DNA of 64,000 nt from an uncultured Planctomycetota bacterium (GCA_963823665.1 CAWGMQ010000007.1:608001-672000); one strand, 5' to 3'. Shown: positions 1-12,237, counted from the first letter of the stretch. Numbers and translations: made by a program. Notes: a model not told the origin generated them from the letters alone.

Positions 1-588
1 CCAGCTCACGGGCCTGGACCAGCAGGTCGTACGCCCCGTTCGGGTCAGGCGCGATCAGCGGGTCGCCCGGCTCGAGAAGTCGACGGGCATAGTCATGATA
101 GATCCCGGCAAGCTGATCTTTCCGATCGCCGGAAAGAAGCCGCTCCGCCTCCGCACGGGCTAGCTCTTCTGCGGGCGCCCAGTTTCCGGAAGCAAGCTCG
201 ATGCCCGCGAGCTCGTACCGGATCTTGATGACCCATCGGCCTTTGGGATCGAGCGAGATCGCTTTCGCCAGGATTTCGCGTGCCGAATCTCGGTGGCCCG
301 CCAGCCGCCCCGAAATCCCTCGAAGATACGAATAGTAAGCCTTGTCGTCGATCGACGGTGTCTTTTCAATAAGAGCGGCGAGAAGCCGATCGGCCGCCTC
401 GTACCGCCCCTCCTGCATGGCGTCGATCACTTCAGCCGGGAGGATCGGAGCAGCCGGTGCGACCAGACCTTTCGGGGCTGCCACTGCTTTAGGTGGATCG
501 TCACCTGCGGCCGCAAACGCCAACCAAGGTAAGGTCAAAAATGCCGCAAGTGCCAGGCAGACTGCGTGATGCACCCCCGCCGCTTCAT
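1..588 (-). CDS. Partial (runs off the window edge) secreted TPR-containing protein, possibly the N-terminus of a planctomycete alpha-2-macroglobulin-family protein
   Basis: Manual translation gives an open frame from 574 to the edge: VHHAVCLALAAFLTLPWLAFAAAGDD...AMQEGRYEAADRLL...EAERLLSGDRKDQLAGIYHDYARRLL (signal peptide plus TPR-like helices). ATG at 588 (MKRRG) is out of frame across a G5 run, suggesting a 1-nt indel. Not in the ORF track. Confidence 0.6.
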
Positions 589-1062
589 GATGTAGCTTCA
601 CGACTCAGCCTCCTCTCGAGGTCCGACGCGACGGGCGTCACGTCGCGCGGATATTGTCCGTAGAAAACAAGCACGTGTTGGTCAGCTTCGCGTTTCGCTT
701 GCGTGACCGCCTCTGGGAACATACTTGGGGCGCTGCCTCTCGAACCGACGGGTTCCTCCTGATAGTTTGACGATGCAGCGGCCGGATTATTAGAGCGCCG
801 AACTCGCGCCCGGAAAAGTGTTTGCGAATCGCGGTGCCGAGCCAGCATTCCTCGATCTCGGGGATCACCCTTGTGGCCGATCGCCGTGCTCTTTACATTT
901 TGTAAAAACGTGTGTCCGAGATTGTCGTCGATTTTCGAGGTGATGGGATAGCAGGGATTGTGTCTGCACTATAATAATAGTCGCGAGGGATCGAGTCCGC
1001 GGTAAAGCGGAGACTGACGGTGGCTTTCAGATCAGATAGTCGGGATTCTTCTGACCGCACCG

Positions 1063-2855
1063 GTGGTGCGCAAGTCGAGTGATCGGGCTTCTTTCCGACC
1101 TACCCGCCGACGATTGCTCCTCGAGCAGCTCGAAACCCGCGTGATGCTTTCGGGCAGTCCGCCCAGCGCGCCCCTCCAGGTCATTGCAGTTGGCCCCGAT
1201 CCGGCTCAAACATCGATTTCTTTGATCGCGTCAATGCCCGCGACTCGTGACGATGGACTCACCGCGCTCGCTCCGACCGGAGAGGATATACGTTCCACCA
1301 TCGCTGTTTATGACCCGTCGCCTGTAACAAGCTCGATACAAACCGGTCCTCCTTCGATCGGTCCCTCTGGAGTGAATGAATGGATTGGTCCGCCGATCGT
1401 CGGATCAATCCAGGAAGGCCATTGGCAGGCCGCACTGCCCGATTCTCAGGCGCAAGATAGCGTCGTGGTCCCTCAGGAATCCGGTATGCAGGTCGCGGGG
1501 GGCTTCGGCGCCATTGGGCTCGATCAGGCCCGCTATGATCGCATGATGTACCTGCAGACTGGCGTCTCTCCGTTAGGCCCCGGGTCGGATGTTAGCCAGA
1601 ACGAACCGGAGTTACTCGCGTCTGAGGGTTCGGGCGGCCCACCTGGAAGCCGCCTGATCCTCGACGGATCGCTTGCGTTTCCCAGGCCGCTCATCTTTTT
1701 GCAATCTCCTGGCAACGCGGCGCCCGACACATTCGTGTTCCCTGGTCGCGAATCGGACGACCCAGGTGCGCAGCCGTTCATCGCCTCTGAAGGGTCGGTC
1801 GATTCGGGGGGTGCCACATACTCCCAGACGGAAGTCTTGGGCCCCTCCGCGATGCTCCCTCCAGCGATGATCGCGTCCTCTCGGGCGCGGCCCCGATGCT
1901 GGGCCATCTTCTCATCACCAAGAGCTCGACCGGGTCCGGAAGTTCGTCGACGAGCGAGTCGGGGATCGCCGCGGTCTCCGCCTCGAATTCGAGCGCGCCC
2001 TTCAATTCGTTGGTACAGCGACAGGATGATTCGGACGCGGCCGCAAGTGGCACCGCACCCGCCCAGGGATTGTTCGCCAGCGGTATGGTACCTCTGCAAC
2101 TCGACGCGTTCGGGTCTTGGTCCACAAGTGTCGACAGCCCCGCCCAAGGAAACGTCGATACAACCGCCGCGACGGCCTCGCAGTCCAGTTCCGACTCGGT
2201 CACACCCGCGCCCGTGTCTACTACTGCGGCCGACCCGACCGTGTCGGGCTCGGCCGACGGCTTTAACCTCCGAATTCCCACCGGGCCGTTTGCGTCTCGA
2301 AACGCTGGTCCGCTCGGCCCGATCCTCGCCTCCGTCGGTGGTGATCCAACGCCTGAAGTCGAGCGCGACGGCCGCGCCTTGTATCAGGAAATCGACCATC
2401 GAGATGGCGCTTCCGGATCCGCCGATGATCTCCGGGCGTACGCAATCCGGGAGGACGGCTCGACCGAGGAAGCACGGGGCGGCGATCACACTAACTCGGG
2501 GGTCACTGCCGACGGTGCGAGCCGATTTTCGCTGTGCGCCCCTGCCGCTTCGAAAAACCGCCGCACGGATCTGGGCGGTCTGGTCTCGTCGATCGGATTC
2601 GGCGCAGCCGACGTTCGCACGGGGCCCGCTGAAGGCTCTCACCAGCTTGATCGCTCCCAGGTCGGCGTTGTCGCGGCCGCAGCCGAAAAGCGAGATGACG
2701 CGCCGGGGTACGCCGTCTTTCTCAAGGCGGCCTGCGGCGTCGCGATCGGTCTGGCCATGTCCTCGCGCGCTCTCTTCCCCGGCCTCTTGCTCGGAGCGAA
2801 GAATCGCATACGCCTAGGACTGCGGGGCTCCCGAGCGAAAGACCGGCGTCGTTGA
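1063..2855 (+). CDS. Secreted or membrane-anchored Ser/Thr/Gly/Pro-rich protein with the planctomycete extracellular N-terminal motif; frameshift near 1890
   Basis: RRRLLLEQLETRVMLS motif in ORF 1063. Sensible S/T-rich sequence continues in ORF 1896..2855 and ends in a hydrophobic segment (VFLKAACGVAIGLAMSSRALFPGLLL) plus a basic tail. Confidence 0.65.
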
Positions 2856-2858
2856 CAA

Positions 2859-2892
2859 GAATGCCGGGTCGCCCGCGGGCGCGGCGGCATTC
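2859..2892. terminator. Hairpin between convergent genes (possible bidirectional terminator)
   Basis: GAATGCCG...CGGCATTC inverted repeat between the stops at 2855 and 2914. Confidence 0.4.
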
Positions 2893-2913
2893 CCGCAGTC
2901 GCCATTCGCCCGC

Positions 2914-5900
2914 TCATCGAGAAAACATCCCGTGGAAGTCACGCACCGTCCGCCCCGCCAGAGCCAGCCATCGGCCAAACCGATCCGGCTGGCTCGGTAG
3001 ACAGAGCAGATAGGCCGCAGCGATCGCCAGCTCCGTCGGCGGATCGGATTGGGCCCATGAAGCCCCCTGTTCCAGGTCCGCCAGTGCCAGGTCCCACTTC
3101 CTGAGCCGGATCGCCACACGGGCTCGCCCGAGATACGCCTGGGGCAACTCGGGGTCTCGCCGAAGCGCCAGCGTCCACTCCCGCAGCGCCGCGAAATCCT
3201 CTCCCAGCGCTTCCAGCGCGGCGGCCTTGTGCAGATGGATGCGGTCGAACGCACCCCGGTACATGGCGTCGTTGTAGCTCCGGACTGCCCCTGCCGCGTC
3301 GCCGGACGCAGCCTGAAGTATGCCACGCATCTCCAGCAGCCCAGGGTCGTTGGGTTCCAGTTGCAGGCCGCGCTCGACATCCTCCCGCGCGGGCCCGATT
3401 ACCGGCGAACGAGCTCACCCGCGCCCGGATGAGATAGGCTCGTGAAGATTGCGGTGCAGAGCCCAGCGCTCGCGTGGCCGCATCGAGCGCTTCTCGCCGT
3501 CGCCCCAGGGCCGCCAGCAGCACCGCACGATTCAGCGACTCGCGCAAGCTTGAGTCAGGCCGCGCAACGATAGTCTCTTCGAGCGCAGGCTAGGCCCGCG
3601 CGCACGTCCCTCGTCAAACGGCTTCCACCCACAGGGAAGGCAAGCACGTCTTCGGGTCGATCGAGCTGAAGGCTCCTGAACTGCCGGGCAGCCAGTAGCG
3701 CCCGCTGCCGCAGTCGCTCGTGCGCCGGGCTCGGGTGCTGACGCTGCGCTTCCTTCGCATCGGCGATCGCTTCGGTCGATCGACCCAGCAGCAAGAGCGC
3801 GAGCGCTCGCGCGGCCAGCACTTCGTGCCGGTTCTTGAGCTCGGTCTTGGCCTCCAGAAGTGCGGTGAAATCGATCAGCGCTCGGTCTGCCTGACCCAGC
3901 CTCAGCTCGAGCAATGCGCGGCTCTTGCGGGCAGTCGAGTCCGTCAGGTCTTCCAGGATGAGCGCGTCATACGCGCGCCGGGCCTTCTCGACCGCGCCCG
4001 ACTCGGCATCCATGTTTGCCTGGTTCAAACGGGCCGCTCGCGCGTAGAGGCCCGAATGGTCGGCCGCGATGATCAGCTCGCACTGGCGTCGCGCCTGCGA
4101 GAAGTCGCCCAGCTCTTGATAGAGATAGGCCAGCTCCAGACGCACCTGCGTTGCCTCGGGCCGGCCCTGAAGTGTCTCGAGGGCAATGCCGATGTCTTCG
4201 CGCGCCCGGTCCCACTGCCCACGCGCACGGTAGATTCTGGCCCTGCTGAAGAGAACCCAGGGCGATCGCGGCCGCAGCGAGCATGCGATGTTGTAACTGT
4301 TGAAAGCCTCGTCCGTTCGATCGGCCTTGTTCCGGAGATATCCCAGCAAGAACTGATACCAGTAGTTCTTACCTCCGTCGAGCCTGGTCGCTCGCTCGAG
4401 CCACTCGATCGCCCGCGATAGGCGTTCGGCTCGATATGCCAGAACTCCCCACTGAAAGCAGTCGAGCGCCTTGGTCACCGCCGTGACTTCGCGCGGCTCA
4501 TTGAGCTCGGATGCTCCCGCACGATCGCCCAGGTTGACCGCAGGGCCTGGGCCGACGGCCTTGCTCTCACGCAGCCGCGCCTCGAGCGCCCGCCACGGCG
4601 CCTTCGAGTCGACCCAACCAATCGCCTGTTCGCAGATCGCCACCACCGGCTCGAGCAGAACTTGATTCTCACCCGGGCCCGGCTTGCCGTCTGAACTTGT
4701 GCTGTTCCACGCCGATTCGTCGATCGTCGCCATCCAGAGGAACAGCAGCTCGTTCACGTCGTTCACGATGCGCACCCGGCGAGCGTCGTCCAGGAGGTTC
4801 ATCGTAATGCCGAGCTTGGTCCAGTCGTCGCTTTCCAGAACGAAGAATGGGCCCAGAACTCGCTGAAGCTCGACCGTCGCCTCGTTGAGCTCGGCTCCTT
4901 CGTCCAGCAGAAGCTGAAAGCGAAGGTCGTCGGCGGCCTGAAAAAGCGCGTCGGCTTGCTTTTGCATCTGCCCGGCGCGTTCCGCTAACTGCGATTTCTC
5001 GGCCGCTCGTGCCCCCAGACTTTCGGGCGTATCGAGCGTGCTCAGGTCCTCGATCTTCGATTTCAATTGGGTCGTGATCTGGCCGATGCCCTCCACCCTG
5101 CTCAGGTAGCTCCACGGCGTCACGTTCGACCTCGCCGCAAATTCGGCTGCGTCGTCGAAGTGGGTCTTGGCGTCGGAGAAATCCCGGTGATCGAAGGCCG
5201 CCTGGCCCATTTCGAGCTTGTCCCGGGCCTGCCGCAGCAGGTTGGACTGCTGAATCCGCAGCCCGAGCCCCCCGGCGAGCAAAGCCGAGACCACGATGAA
5301 AACCGCTGCCGCGATTGTGATCCGCCTCCGGCGGCGGCGGATCCAGGATCCTGCGCGATAAAGCCAGAGCTCCCGGGTGTGGGGAAGGGGCAGATCGTCC
5401 GCGACGGCCTGCAGGTCTTCGGCCATTTGAGATGCACGCTGGTAGCGGTATTCCGGCTCGGGCTCGAGCGCCCGCCTGATCACCTGCTCGAGAGCAGCCG
5501 GGATTTCCGGATGCCGGTCGCGCAGCCGCGGCAGCGGGCGAAGCCGCAGGTCGGCCGCGCGATTCAGCAGGTCGATCATCGATCCGCCCCGGCGCAGCGA
5601 GGCAAACGGCCGCTTTCCGGTCAGCGCCTCAAAAAGAACCACGCCCAGACTGTAGATGTCAGCCCGGGCATCGACCTCGTCCGAGCTACCTTCGGCCAGG
5701 GCCTTCAACTGCTCCCGCGGCATGTAGTCGATCGTTCCCCCGAGCGTCGGCTCTCCCCCGCGTGTTCCGTCCTCGAAGAAGGGCTCGCGCGCCAGATTAA
5801 AATCCAGCAGCATCGGCATGCCGTCGGCTGTGACCAGGACATTCGACGGCTTGAGGTCGCGGTGCAGAACGCCCCGGTCATGAGCGTGATAGAGCGCCTC

Positions 5901-6821
5901 GGCCAGCCGCGCCCCCCACCACGCGATCGCCTGCGGATAAGATCGTTGCTCGAGCGCCTCCCGGCTGCTCGAGTGCGGCGACGACGGAACTCCGCCAGGC
6001 TCGAGCCGGTCCAGTGCACGGGCCACGGTTTCGCCCGATGTCGCCGTTTGCACCTCCGGGTCGGCCAGTATCCGCGCCAGAGTCAACCGCCCAAAGTAGG
6101 GCATGCAGAGCAAATGGAGCCCCGTCGCCGAGTCGACGCGATGCGAATACACCGGCACGATGTGCGTGTGCTGGAGGCGGGCAAGCGTTTGCGGCTCGCG
6201 CGAGCCGCGGCGCGATACCTTCAGAGCAACCGGCCGGTCCGCAAGCTGCCGCTCCTTGGCCAGAAACACCCGGGCGAACGCTCCTCTTCCCAGCTCCTCC
6301 ACCAGCGAGAATCCACCGATCGTCTGGCCGGCCTCCGGCAAGATCGCCGTTCCTGCGGTCGCTGGGTCGCCCAGCGAATTCGGGCTCACCGTCGCCGGAG
6401 TTCCCGACCCCACGAGTTCGTGAATCTCCAGCACCCGCGCCAGCGACCCGGATACTCCCGGGTAACGGGCAAGATACTCGGCGGCAGACGGATGTTCGTC
6501 GTCTTCCTCCCGGAGACAGAACTCCTCGTACACAAGCGCAACGATCGTGTCTTCGCCAAGGTCCGAGTAGCGGTCCAGATACCACTGCGCAGGCACCTTC
6601 TCGCCGGTCTCCCATCGCAGCGCCATGTCCGCACGCAACACCGCCAGCCGTGCCCCCGGACCGTCGCTCGAATCGCCGGCCCTGACCACATAGATCTGGA
6701 GACTCGGCCGCCTTCCGGCCCGGTCCGAATCACGCCAGGCTTGCTCATATTCTCGGGCCAGGAGGACTGCGGCGGGCGAGGCTGCCTCTTCCCACGTCCG
6801 CCGGCCGGCGGACAGATTCAT
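2914..6821 (-). CDS. Hanks-type Ser/Thr protein kinase with TM helix and long TPR C-terminus; frameshifts near 3590 and 3385
   Basis: GRGAFARV, VALKV, HRDLKPSN, DFNLA and DIYSLG motifs; TM ITIAAAVFIVVSALLAGGLGL; TPRs continue in ORFs 2939..3547 and 2914..3330. ATG 6821 overlaps the ECF stop (ATGA). Confidence 0.85.
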
Positions 6822-7426
6822 CCCGGGCTCTCCCACTCCGTCTCCATGCGCCGGCGCAGCTCCTCGAGAACACGCTGCACAGTACGTTCGCTCATCCCCA
6901 GTCGCTCGCCGATGTCCTTGCTCGAATATCCCTCGGCTTTCAACACCAGGATCGATCGCTTTTCCTCAGGCACCAGCTCCCGCATCCGCCCCAGCGTCTC
7001 GTGCGCCTCCGCCACCTCACTCGGAGTATCATTCGAGGCGGCAACTTCCCGAGGGCGGTTTCCATCCGCCCAGAGCGGCTCCTCCCGGTGCATATTCTGT
7101 TTGTGGCTGGCTGCTCGGCGGTACTCGTCTATCACTTTATTCTTCGCAGCCCGCGCCAGAAATGCGACAAGATGACGCGAATCCTCGAATTCAGTCGGAG
7201 AAGTACGCATCCGCCGAAAAAAACTTCCCCACACGCTTTGCAGAAAGTCGAGCGAGTCGAACCGCGATCGCAGCAACCGCGGCAACTGTCGCCTCACCAC
7301 CAGGCGGACCTCCGCCTCGAATCGCTGCAAAAGCTCGCGCGCAGCTCCCTCGTCTCCAGCCTGGATCCGCTTCAAGAAATCAGAAATCCCGGTCTCACCG
7401 CCGGAAAGCTGTTCGTCCTGCGACAT
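6818..7426 (-). CDS. ECF sigma factor, kinase-associated planctomycete type
   Basis: sigma2 region (GDEGAARELLQRF...DSLDFLQSVW) and sigma4 HTH (EGYSSKDIGERLGMSERTVQR); translationally coupled to the kinase. Confidence 0.9.
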   Translation of the reverse strand: MSQDEQLSGGETGISDFLKRIQAGDEGAARELLQRFEAEVRLVVRRQLPRLLRSRFDSLDFLQSVWGSFFRRMRTSPTEFEDSRHLVAFLARAAKNKVIDEYRRAASHKQNMHREEPLWADGNRPREVAASNDTPSEVAEAHETLGRMRELVPEEKRSILVLKAEGYSSKDIGERLGMSERTVQRVLEELRRRMETEWESPG

Positions 7427-7676
7427 TAGTACGCCGCCCCCACCCGGTCGACAGGCATCGCTCCTCCGCGTCCCTCACGTCCCTGCTTCCGACACGAATG
7501 ATCGCTGTCGCCCATCAGCCGCCAGCGTAACCCGGAGCCCGCTCTCATGGCAAGCGAACCACTCATATACCATCCATCCATTCTTGCATTGAATTATAGC
7601 TTCCCGCGTCGCGAATCTCTAGCGGATTCTAGCTCCGCCTTTCAGCCCGGCGTCCCCCCCGCACGTCGGAGCCGCC

Positions 7677-7826
7677 GCTCGAATCGCTACCGCCGTGCCG
7701 GATAGTCGCCTTTTGCTCCGCGAAAGTGCATCCCCTCTTGAATCCCAAGCGTCGTGCCGCATAGTCGCCTTTCGCCCCGCGAAAGTGCGTCCCCGCTCCT
7801 CGCAGCGACCGCTCGAATCGCTACCG
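7677..7826. repeat. REP-like cluster: two copies of ATAGTCGCCTTTYGCYCCGCGAAAGTGC and two copies of GCTCGAATCGCTACCG
   Basis: Copies at ~7702-7729 and ~7761-7788, each with a CTTT(C/T)GC...GCGAAAG hairpin; 16-mer at 7677 and 7811. Confidence 0.7.
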
Positions 7827-9062
7827 TTGTGCCGGCGCAGGGCATTGCGGCATGGAAGCCAATGACGTGTTGAACTTTTGATCGATCTGATCGCGCGCAC
7901 TTTTATACAGCAGCCGCTCAAATTCATCGGAGCGCTCCGGGCTCACCGCGACCCGGGTTGCCAGGTAAGCCGGCAGCCCTGGAAGCGGCACCACACTCCG
8001 CGCCCGTGGACTCGTCCGCCAGATTTCGCGTTTTCCCTGGGTCACGAGCAGGTCGATGTGGATCAGCGTCAATCGGTTTTCCGATGAAAAATAGTTGTCC
8101 GCCTTCTTCTCGTCCACGTCCAATCTCGCCTCGAACGGCGACTTGGGCCATGCGTCCCGCCAGACCGAGTCCCCCCGCCGCGGCAGGTAGCCCTTGGCTA
8201 CGAGCGCCCGTTCCAGCACCGGAACCAGCTCCGATACGTAGCTGTTCGATCCGTACACGAAATTCCCAGGCCGGACGATCACCCCGATACCCGCCGTCCC
8301 GACCAGATCGTTCACCAGTGATTCCGCCGCCTTGCGGGTCTCCGGCTCCGCCTCCTTCGAAAAATGCTTCAGAAGCGCCCCCACACGATCACAAGCATCC
8401 ATCGAGCTGCTCACATTCCCCGACTCGAAAAGCTGACGCCCGAGAGCCAGCTCACGCTTGGCCTCCTCCTGGAGCGACTTCTGGAATTCTTCTTCGATCC
8501 GCGGCGCGAGCGGGGCCAGATCCGCGTCGCGAACAGCCCAGGCGATCAAGTTGAGCCAGTCTCCCAGACGGAAAGTCGACGATGGTTCCCCGCACAAGCC
8601 CGCCAGCCGCGAGCCCGCAACCCGCCGCGCCAGTAGGCCACGCGCGCTCCGCTCTTGCTCGCGCCGCCTCACCCAGGCCGGGCCCGCCTTGTCGGCAAGC
8701 TCGAGCGCGGCGTCCAGATCGATCAGCGCTTCGCTGATCCGCCCGTCCGACTCGTGACGCCCCGACGTCGCGAGCAACTCGTTGATGGCCCGGTCCTGGA
8801 TCGAGCTCGACCGTCTCCGCAGCATTTCGACGGCCCCGGCCGTCACGACTACGACCAGCACCAGACCAAGGAGTGCCCATGCCCAGCCGACCCATTTCGG
8901 GCGCGCGTACCGACGGCGCTTCCACGACGGGCCCGCGGCGCGCGGCAGATACGGAACCTCCAGCAGCCGATGGCAGAAGCCGCATCGAACCTGCCGGCCA
9001 GGAGCGAGACCGTCCATCTCCACATCCGAGCCGCATTCAGGACAGGCAAACGCCCCATCCAT
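7821..9062 (-). CDS. Zinc-ribbon plus single-TM hypothetical protein
   Basis: MDGAFACPECG...VRCGFC (two CxxC), then TM WVGWAWALLGLVLVVVVTAGAV; start reassigned to ATG 9062. Confidence 0.7.
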   Translation of the reverse strand: MDGAFACPECGSDVEMDGLAPGRQVRCGFCHRLLEVPYLPRAAGPSWKRRRYARPKWVGWAWALLGLVLVVVVTAGAVEMLRRRSSSIQDRAINELLATSGRHESDGRISEALIDLDAALELADKAGPAWVRRREQERSARGLLARRVAGSRLAGLCGEPSSTFRLGDWLNLIAWAVRDADLAPLAPRIEEEFQKSLQEEAKRELALGRQLFESGNVSSSMDACDRVGALLKHFSKEAEPETRKAAESLVNDLVGTAGIGVIVRPGNFVYGSNSYVSELVPVLERALVAKGYLPRRGDSVWRDAWPKSPFEARLDVDEKKADNYFSSENRLTLIHIDLLVTQGKREIWRTSPRARSVVPLPGLPAYLATRVAVSPERSDEFERLLYKSARDQIDQKFNTSLASMPQCPAPAQR

Positions 9063-9238
9063 CCTCGAGGGTCTCCCCGACCGTGGTTGAGTGCGCCCGG
9101 AACCCGCGTGCGGGCCGCTACTTCCAGGATACACTCCGTTCGAGGTCCTTTGGAGAGCGCACCGCCGAAACCGCTGCCGGCGCCAGCCCGCTCGACATCG
9201 TCCTTCAGTCGCCACCTCGCGAGAAGGGCCGCTTCCGC

Positions 9239-10024
9239 TCAATAGCTCGGGCTCGCCGTGCAGTGGCCCATCAGCCAGGTGTCAACGTCCGAGAGCATCG
9301 CATTCGACAACCGGTGTGCGCTTGGGTACGACTGAAACGCAACTCGCAATCCACCCGCCCGAAGTGTGCCCACGTTCTGCCGGGCATCCGCCAGCGGGAC
9401 CTTCGTGTTCCAGGCGCCATGCACGACCAGCACCGCCAGATTGCGACATGCCTTCAACCTGGACAGTGGCCGCAAACCCACCGGAAGCCAGCCGTTGATC
9501 GCCACCACGCCCGCAAACCGCTCCGGGAAGCTCATCCCCAGCCAGTACGCCACCGCCGCACCCTCCCCGCAGCCAACCAGGAAGATGCGCTCGGAATGCG
9601 TGTGCAGCAGCCGCCGCGTCTGCAGGATCGACTCGAACACCGACTCTTCCAATCGCTCGATCGCCTCCGGCTCGGCGCCGAAAAACGCCCGGCGCACCAC
9701 CTCACCCTCCGGGACTGTCGCACCCGCTCGCACTCGCTTCCGCCCTGCCTGCTCAAACTCGGGCCCCCATCCGAACCCCGCCATGCGATCGCGCTTGATC
9801 ACCGGCTCCGGTCCACGCAGCCCCAGTCCAATGTAATTCCGCCACGACACCGCCGGCATCGCTCGGACAAGCTGATCCTCGTCTCCACCCCGTGCGTGAA
9901 AATGAACCAGCAACGGATACGGATAGTTCGGTTCATACTCTCGCGGGATGAACCTCGCCTCAACCAGCGGGCTGGGAGCCGATGTTGTGGCGTTCGATGG
10001 TGCTTGCAGCCGGTCGAAACTCAT
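9239..10024 (-). CDS. Alpha/beta-hydrolase fold protein (phospholipase/carboxylesterase-like) with a degenerate catalytic triad
   Basis: YPLLVHFHARGG, RIFLVGCGEGAAVA, FPERFAGVVAING, VLVVHGAWNTKVP and YPSAHRL motifs. Confidence 0.8.
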   Translation of the reverse strand: MSFDRLQAPSNATTSAPSPLVEARFIPREYEPNYPYPLLVHFHARGGDEDQLVRAMPAVSWRNYIGLGLRGPEPVIKRDRMAGFGWGPEFEQAGRKRVRAGATVPEGEVVRRAFFGAEPEAIERLEESVFESILQTRRLLHTHSERIFLVGCGEGAAVAYWLGMSFPERFAGVVAINGWLPVGLRPLSRLKACRNLAVLVVHGAWNTKVPLADARQNVGTLRAGGLRVAFQSYPSAHRLSNAMLSDVDTWLMGHCTASPSY

Positions 10025-10390
10025 CTCAGGCGAACCTCCTGCTGATCGAGAGCCAAGCGAACAACTCGTCGCATCTCATGAGCCAGATCCCGCACCCGGG
10101 CTCCTTTGCCTAGCTTGCCTCGCCAGGCAACTTCAAGTGGTGCCAAGCATAGCTTGCGCGAATCCCGCCTTCAACCAGTAAAACCCTGTGTTATTTCCAA
10201 TTTTGTCTCAAGTTTTTGGAGATGGGAACCGAAACTCCCGTAATTCGACGGAAGATGCTTGGATTATGCGGGTTGCACCTGCGCTTGTCGCCGCTTACTG
10301 GGCATATTGGTCGCTCGAACCGTCATACACCCATCATTTTCTCGAAGTCGATTTCGTTCGTTGATCTGGCCGTCCGGCAGGGCGGTTAGC

Positions 10391-11962
10391 TCACACGAAC
10401 TTTTTAATCAGATTGTTCACCTTGGTCGGAAGCTCCGTGAGTTGATGAACGATCGAAGGTTCCGTCTTGGGCGCTTTGCGATGCAGCTTCTTGAGTGGTT
10501 GTTCCGCGGCCAGTTTCGCTCGCGCGGCCGCGCGTTTGGGATGAGGCTTGGTCACAGGCGCCGGCTGCGCCTTGAGCGACGGCAACGTGTTGGGAGATGC
10601 GGCCGTCGGCACGACGCTGGTGCCGTTCGTGCCCGGCAACCGGACCACAATTGGCCCCGATTCTCCCAGGTTGTTGCTGATCAGGCTCTCGTTGACCGTG
10701 TTCTCCGCATCCACGATCACCGCGATCCGGGCGTATCCCACGCTGTTCAGGTTCATCCCCGCGGGCACGCGCGTCGGAAGCTGCAGCGTCTGGACCAGGG
10801 GCTGGTTATACCCGGCCGCCAGGCTCGGTATCTGTGCGTCACCCAGGAAAATGCCCTGGTTGACCTGGCCGTTCTCCCCGATCAGCAGGAATCGCACCGT
10901 GAACGGCCCGGCGTCACCGGTACCCAGGTTCTGCACCGTCGTCGTCACCTGGAACGTCTCGCCCCATGACAGAGCGTTCGTTGACATGAGCACCGAGGCA
11001 GCCGCCAGGTCCGGCAGCGCCGGCGTGGTCGCCGCTGTCGTCGTGGATGGGTTGATCGTCATGTTGACCAGGTCGTAGCCAAGTCCCACCGACGGCAAAT
11101 GCGGGTAAAGCGAGTTCGTCACGTAGTCGGCGTCCTGGATCATCGACAGCGTGAACGCCGTGTTGCCGCTGTTGTTGAGCAGGACGGGAACGTTGGCCGG
11201 TAGCGTGATGGTCTGCACTAGGTTCACGGTCTGATACGCCGGGATCGGCGGGACGGCGAGACTGCCGATCGACACGTCATTCGGCCACGTAGGGGCCGTG
11301 CCCGTCGGTGTCAGAACGAGGAGCGCCCGCGTCGCCGGTGAGCTTCCGGCGCCCGCATTTCGCACCTGTGCCGTCACCGTGACTGTCGAGCCCCACGTCG
11401 TGGTCGGCGCCGAAACCGCCAGCGTGCTTCCCAGCAGCTCCGAGGGCTGGTTCGGCGTGATCACGATATAAGATGACTCGTACGGAATACCCACCCCCGA
11501 GCTGGTTCGCCGATTGAGGTCCGGTACGCTGTCCGTTGGATCGATTTTCTCGTCGATGTAGACGATGCCGCCCGTACCGCTCACGCCCGGAATCGGTGTG
11601 GCCGGCAGCTTCACCGTCGTGCTGAACGGCACCGACTGCCCCGGCTCGATGCCGGCGGGAATCGTCACGTCGCCGATTTCCACCGCATATCGGCCGATCG
11701 CCTGCGACGGCGAGGCATACAGTGCCACGTCGAACGGCACATTCACAGCGGTGCCGCCCTGGTTCACGATTGTGCCCTGAACGCTGACGGTGTCATTCCA
11801 GTCGGCAGCATGCGTCGTCACGAGCGAAGAGCCGGCAAGTTCCGCAGCGGGAGGGGGGCTCGTGAGCAGCTCGCGCCGTTCCAGCGAATCAAACTTGAGG
11901 ATGATCGGACCGCGGCCCCAGGCGCGACGTCGGCCAGCAGCCCGGCGGTTAAGGGTCGGCAT
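10391..11962 (-). CDS. Secreted protein with three CARDB/Ig-like repeats and the planctomycete N-terminal motif
   Basis: FDSLERRELL motif; three repeats of W..T..V...V.N.G...; VDAENTVNESLISNN; GGAGGAG RBS before ATG 11962. Confidence 0.8.
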   Translation of the reverse strand: MPTLNRRAAGRRRAWGRGPIILKFDSLERRELLTSPPPAAELAGSSLVTTHAADWNDTVSVQGTIVNQGGTAVNVPFDVALYASPSQAIGRYAVEIGDVTIPAGIEPGQSVPFSTTVKLPATPIPGVSGTGGIVYIDEKIDPTDSVPDLNRRTSSGVGIPYESSYIVITPNQPSELLGSTLAVSAPTTTWGSTVTVTAQVRNAGAGSSPATRALLVLTPTGTAPTWPNDVSIGSLAVPPIPAYQTVNLVQTITLPANVPVLLNNSGNTAFTLSMIQDADYVTNSLYPHLPSVGLGYDLVNMTINPSTTTAATTPALPDLAAASVLMSTNALSWGETFQVTTTVQNLGTGDAGPFTVRFLLIGENGQVNQGIFLGDAQIPSLAAGYNQPLVQTLQLPTRVPAGMNLNSVGYARIAVIVDAENTVNESLISNNLGESGPIVVRLPGTNGTSVVPTAASPNTLPSLKAQPAPVTKPHPKRAAARAKLAAEQPLKKLHRKAPKTEPSIVHQLTELPTKVNNLIKKFV

Positions 11963-12237
11963 GAAATTCGTCTCCTCCATGAGATCGCGGCCAAGGCAAC
12001 CGCTTCCGGCGGGCCCCGCCCGGCAACTACTGCAACCGGCGAGCCAAGCCATCGGTCCGGTCTGCCGGCGCAAGCTTTCGCTCAAACCCGTCCCTGGGTT
12101 CTCGCAAACCTTAATCACGCCCGCCGATTCGGTCAAGCCCGGCTGCACGGAATTGAGACGCCCCATTTGGCGCGTTATAAAAGTGGATTCCCGATTTCGC
12201 AACGTTCAAGCCACCTCAGGCCAGGAGTACCGTTTCC

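Noticed and set aside
5067..7175. Long antisense ORFs (e.g. 5067..7175, 15613..17040, 35395..36585, 38701..40227, 60960..63128)
   Set aside because: Shadow ORFs opposite well-supported genes, as expected in high-GC DNA.
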